A DNA stretch of 64,000 nucleotides from the human T2T-CHM13v2.0 reference genome, Homo sapiens, in the NCBI RefSeq assembly GCF_009914755.1, contig NC_060925.1; one strand, 5' to 3'. The notes under the pieces were generated by a model. The model was not told the origin of the DNA, searched no databases, and saw only the letters and a program-made list of their open reading frames with translations. The position numbers were made by a program, and so were the translations under genes. Shown here in pieces: positions 60,674 through 64,000 of the stretch (position 1 is its first letter; each line of letters begins with the position of its first letter).

Positions 60674-62699
60674 ACTAGATGTTGTTTTCTCTTGATATCT
60701 CTGCTTCTCTTTATCTGCCTTTCTGCCCCTTCTTGCTATGAATCAGGCAAGCCCCTTTGTAATAACCATGTTCTAGAAGAAAACAGACTTTTTGGTTTAT
60801 CCAATTACCATTAATCCTGTTTGTTCAGAGTATTTTTGACCAGGCTGTGTTATCCAACCTATAGATCAAATGTTTAGTTCAGTCCAGTAAGTGACTAGCT
60901 TTGGGCAAAAAATAAACCTAATATTTTTACCCTTCACATACTTTTGTGAGCAGGTAGAACAGGATGCTGGGCCCAGCAGGTACTGTGACCCATGTGTCCA
61001 ACATATTTAGCACGGGCTGTATTAGTCCCTGGGTAAAAAAGATAAGAGAGTGACAAATATAGATTCATGTTAACAAGAGACAACTAGCTCAGATTCTGGG
61101 TTATGAGGGAGAGTCTTTAATGGAAAGCTTTGAGGGGAAAGGAAGCATTGGTTGACAGCTAAGAAAGTAAGGAAAATTATTCACATTTCTGATTTATTTT
61201 CTTGATCTTTATGAATCACGGTGCTAATACTTTATTTTAAATGGAGTTTACTTGTAGTATAGATTCATATCTGAGTATCAATATTGAAATATGTATTCTA
61301 ACATAAATTTAAAATGACCTTTGTATTATCCATTTAAAATTATTTTAATGATACTACCATATCTTTTATAATTAAGAACTGACCAAATTGCCCAACAATT
61401 TAAACAGAATTATAACCCAAAAGCAAATTGCTTTTCTATCTTATGTCACAGAATGAAATAAATTAACTTGTTAACTTTCATTGTAAAAGGATTTACTTCA
61501 AATTTACATGTAGGAATGTATAATTTCTTCTACCTATAAGTTTTATTTCAGAAATAACATGAGTAAATGTGCAAAGTTGGCTAGAACAGATGGATATATA
61601 TGACTATTGTGAAATCAAAGTGGATTTCATTCTATTTCTAGAAACATGACACACTGTTTCTTGCTTGTAATGAACATGTACCCTAGAATGTTTTAATTTA
61701 GCTTTAATTTTAGCTTTTGATAATTTCATAGCTCTTCTAAGAGGTGTACTCACCTTGAGTGTCAATAATAACTTTTGGCTAAAAGTAATAACTCTACTTT
61801 CAACATTTCAAACTAGATGTGTCACCTAAACCTGAAGATAAAGTAAATTAAAAGGCAAATAACAGTGTTTCTAATGTTTTATCAATAAATTCCTTTCCTC
61901 AAGAATGAAGTCCATCCTCTTTTATTCTATCCTAGAGGAGGAGGAGTGGTGATTGGGGTTAGTCAAAATTTAAAACATTTAATTGGCTATTGTGCTAATA
62001 AGTGACATTTTCAAGTGATGTTAGATAGCTAAGTATGACTATTTTCAATGTTGTTCCTATGAGAATTGTCTTCCTCCCAATTATGCTTTGGGTCAAAATA
62101 CACAGAATTTTAAGTGTATGGATATGTGTAACCTTTCTGCACACCAAACTCAGTTTCAACAGTTTTACTGCTGGAGAGGGAAAGGCTGAGCCAATCACAC
62201 CACCTGGTTCATTATGAGGCTATTTCAGTAGACGAAGTATTATGTAAAATAAATTCTCCATATGGTTCATTTTGGCATGCTAGAATTCTACATTGAAAGT
62301 TTGTAAGATAGAATGTTAAACTGTTTTTCTACTATGGTACCTATATCGTCATTGGAGATCCAAAGAGGAAAAAGAAGTAATTGGATTTAAGGAAGGATTT
62401 AGGTACCCCCTAGGTTTGCTGAACATTATCATGATGCCAGCTGGAATTGGGAGACAGACATTAATCACATTTTAACAAAATAATCATTCTTATCCAAGGC
62501 ACTATCACTCTGGGCTATTCTTACTCAAATTATGATATATCTAATTCTTTGTAAAAGTAAGAATTTAATGAATTGTCAAGCCTACTTGACATCTTTAACC
62601 TTTCTTGCTTTTTTGTGGACAAAACTTTAGCGTTTTAAACACCCTCATAAACACCATATTCGATAACCTATTTTCAGCACTACTTGACTTCTATGTGAA

Positions 62700-63945
62700 A
62701 TTTATACTGCTAATGCCCATCCATCTTCTACTTCTTAAAGTTTTCTTCGCCCCATGATTTCTAAGACAATTCTCACTTCTGTCTATTTTTTCTCATCTCT
62801 CTGGCATTAGTGTTCAGTTCCCCTTGCTGAAGTCTTCTTCTAACTTGTTGAAGTTCAACACATTTTGGTTCCTTATTTTCACTTCTAACTATATATATTT
62901 TGGAATAATCTCATTTACCCAATGGTTTCAACTATCTGAAATGTGTTGATATCTCTCAGATCAATATCTTCAGTCTTGAATGCTATACATAGTTACATCT
63001 AATTGCTTATTGCACATACCACAGGTTCCTCAAATACTATGGGTACCAAGGAGTACTTTCATGCTTTCCCTTTACCACCACCTCCAAAGTCTACTCCTAT
63101 TCTTGTATTCTTTATCTCAGTTAATGGCATCACCATCCACCATCAAGCTACAAGTCACAGAGTTATTACTTTATTCTATTTCTCAGTTTATACATTACTG
63201 GTCACCAAATTCTGTCAGTTTTACTTTATGATTTTTTCTTGCATCTGTCATATCTCAATTCAACACAATAACAGGTTTTTTTTTTTTTTATTTTTTTTAA
63301 AAAAAACCTTTACAGAATTTTCTTGGAATTTTCTCCCTTCACTGTTACCAACCTTTTTCTATACCAGTCTAAACTTTACAGTGCTACCATAGCAATCTTA
63401 CTAAAAACAAAATCTGCTGAAAATCCTCTTCTAGATATTTGATTATAAAATAAAATAAAAAGCCTCTAATGTGCCACATAAAGGCCTTTATAATATGTCC
63501 TGATCTACTGAGTTAGTCCAGTCTCATCTCTTATTATTCATTCCCACCCGTCATCATTTGTCTTTGATTCCAGGTATACCATACTTTCCACTGGACCCAC
63601 AAACATCACCTATTATTTAAAAAAATCCATACCTTTTTCAATTCTGTTTTCTTGCTGGTAATACTCCATCTACCCTCACCTTCTCTTCTTAGGAAATATC
63701 TATTTCTCTTCCAATATTCAAATATCCTTTTTGTTCTTTGACACTTTGCCAGAGTTCTACCTTCAATGGGCTAGTGAATACCTTCAACATTAAATATAAA
63801 TTTGGCTTTAAAAATTTTGAGTCTGTAAGTATAAGCTTATTATAAGCTTATTCATTTTATCTAGACTTACTATAATGTCAATGGAAAGCTTGATATTTTG
63901 AATAGCACTTAGTAGTTCTTCAAATGTCTGTTTTGAACATTTAGT
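62700..63945 (+). mobile_element. Degraded L2
   Basis: ATCTCAGTTAATGGCATCACCATCCACC...GTCACCAAATTCTGTCAGTTTTAC...AGTAGTTCTTCAAATGTCTGTTTTGAA. Confidence 0.7.
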
Positions 63946-64000
63946 AAAAAATAAAAACATGTAACTACAACTGGACAGATTTCCCCAAACATAATCTATA

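Noticed and set aside
63003-63392. Longest ORF in the track (129 aa)
   Set aside because: Lies in degraded L2 and low-complexity T-rich sequence.

Overview
AT-rich primate (very likely human) genomic DNA that reads as intronic or intergenic. I found no intact, recognisable protein-coding exon. The main feature is a 5'-truncated, disabled processed pseudogene of DNAJA1 (about 292-1400, +). The rest is layered interspersed repeats: ten Alus plus two monomers, a 4.8-kb old primate L1 missing its 3' end, THE1/MLT1/MLT2 solo LTRs, hAT MITEs (MER20B, MER33, MER58A, MER5), L2, MIR, L3 and microsatellites. From recall only, DNAJA1P5 lies in an OLFM3 intron, which would fit an exon-free window, but this is unverified. 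I cannot support a new biological system. The best second-look items are (i) one target-site duplication present three times around two Alus, next to an inverted AluY, (ii) a 40-bp templated insertion copied from 1.35 kb away into a MER33, (iii) a perfect 22-bp inverted repeat, (iv) an AluY with the 12-nt Yd-type deletion, (v) a candidate minus-strand CCAAT-box promoter and first exon near 12.3-13.0 kb, and (vi) a CTCF-like site. Repeat subfamily calls are by eye from remembered consensus sequences, and old-repeat boundaries are approximate.
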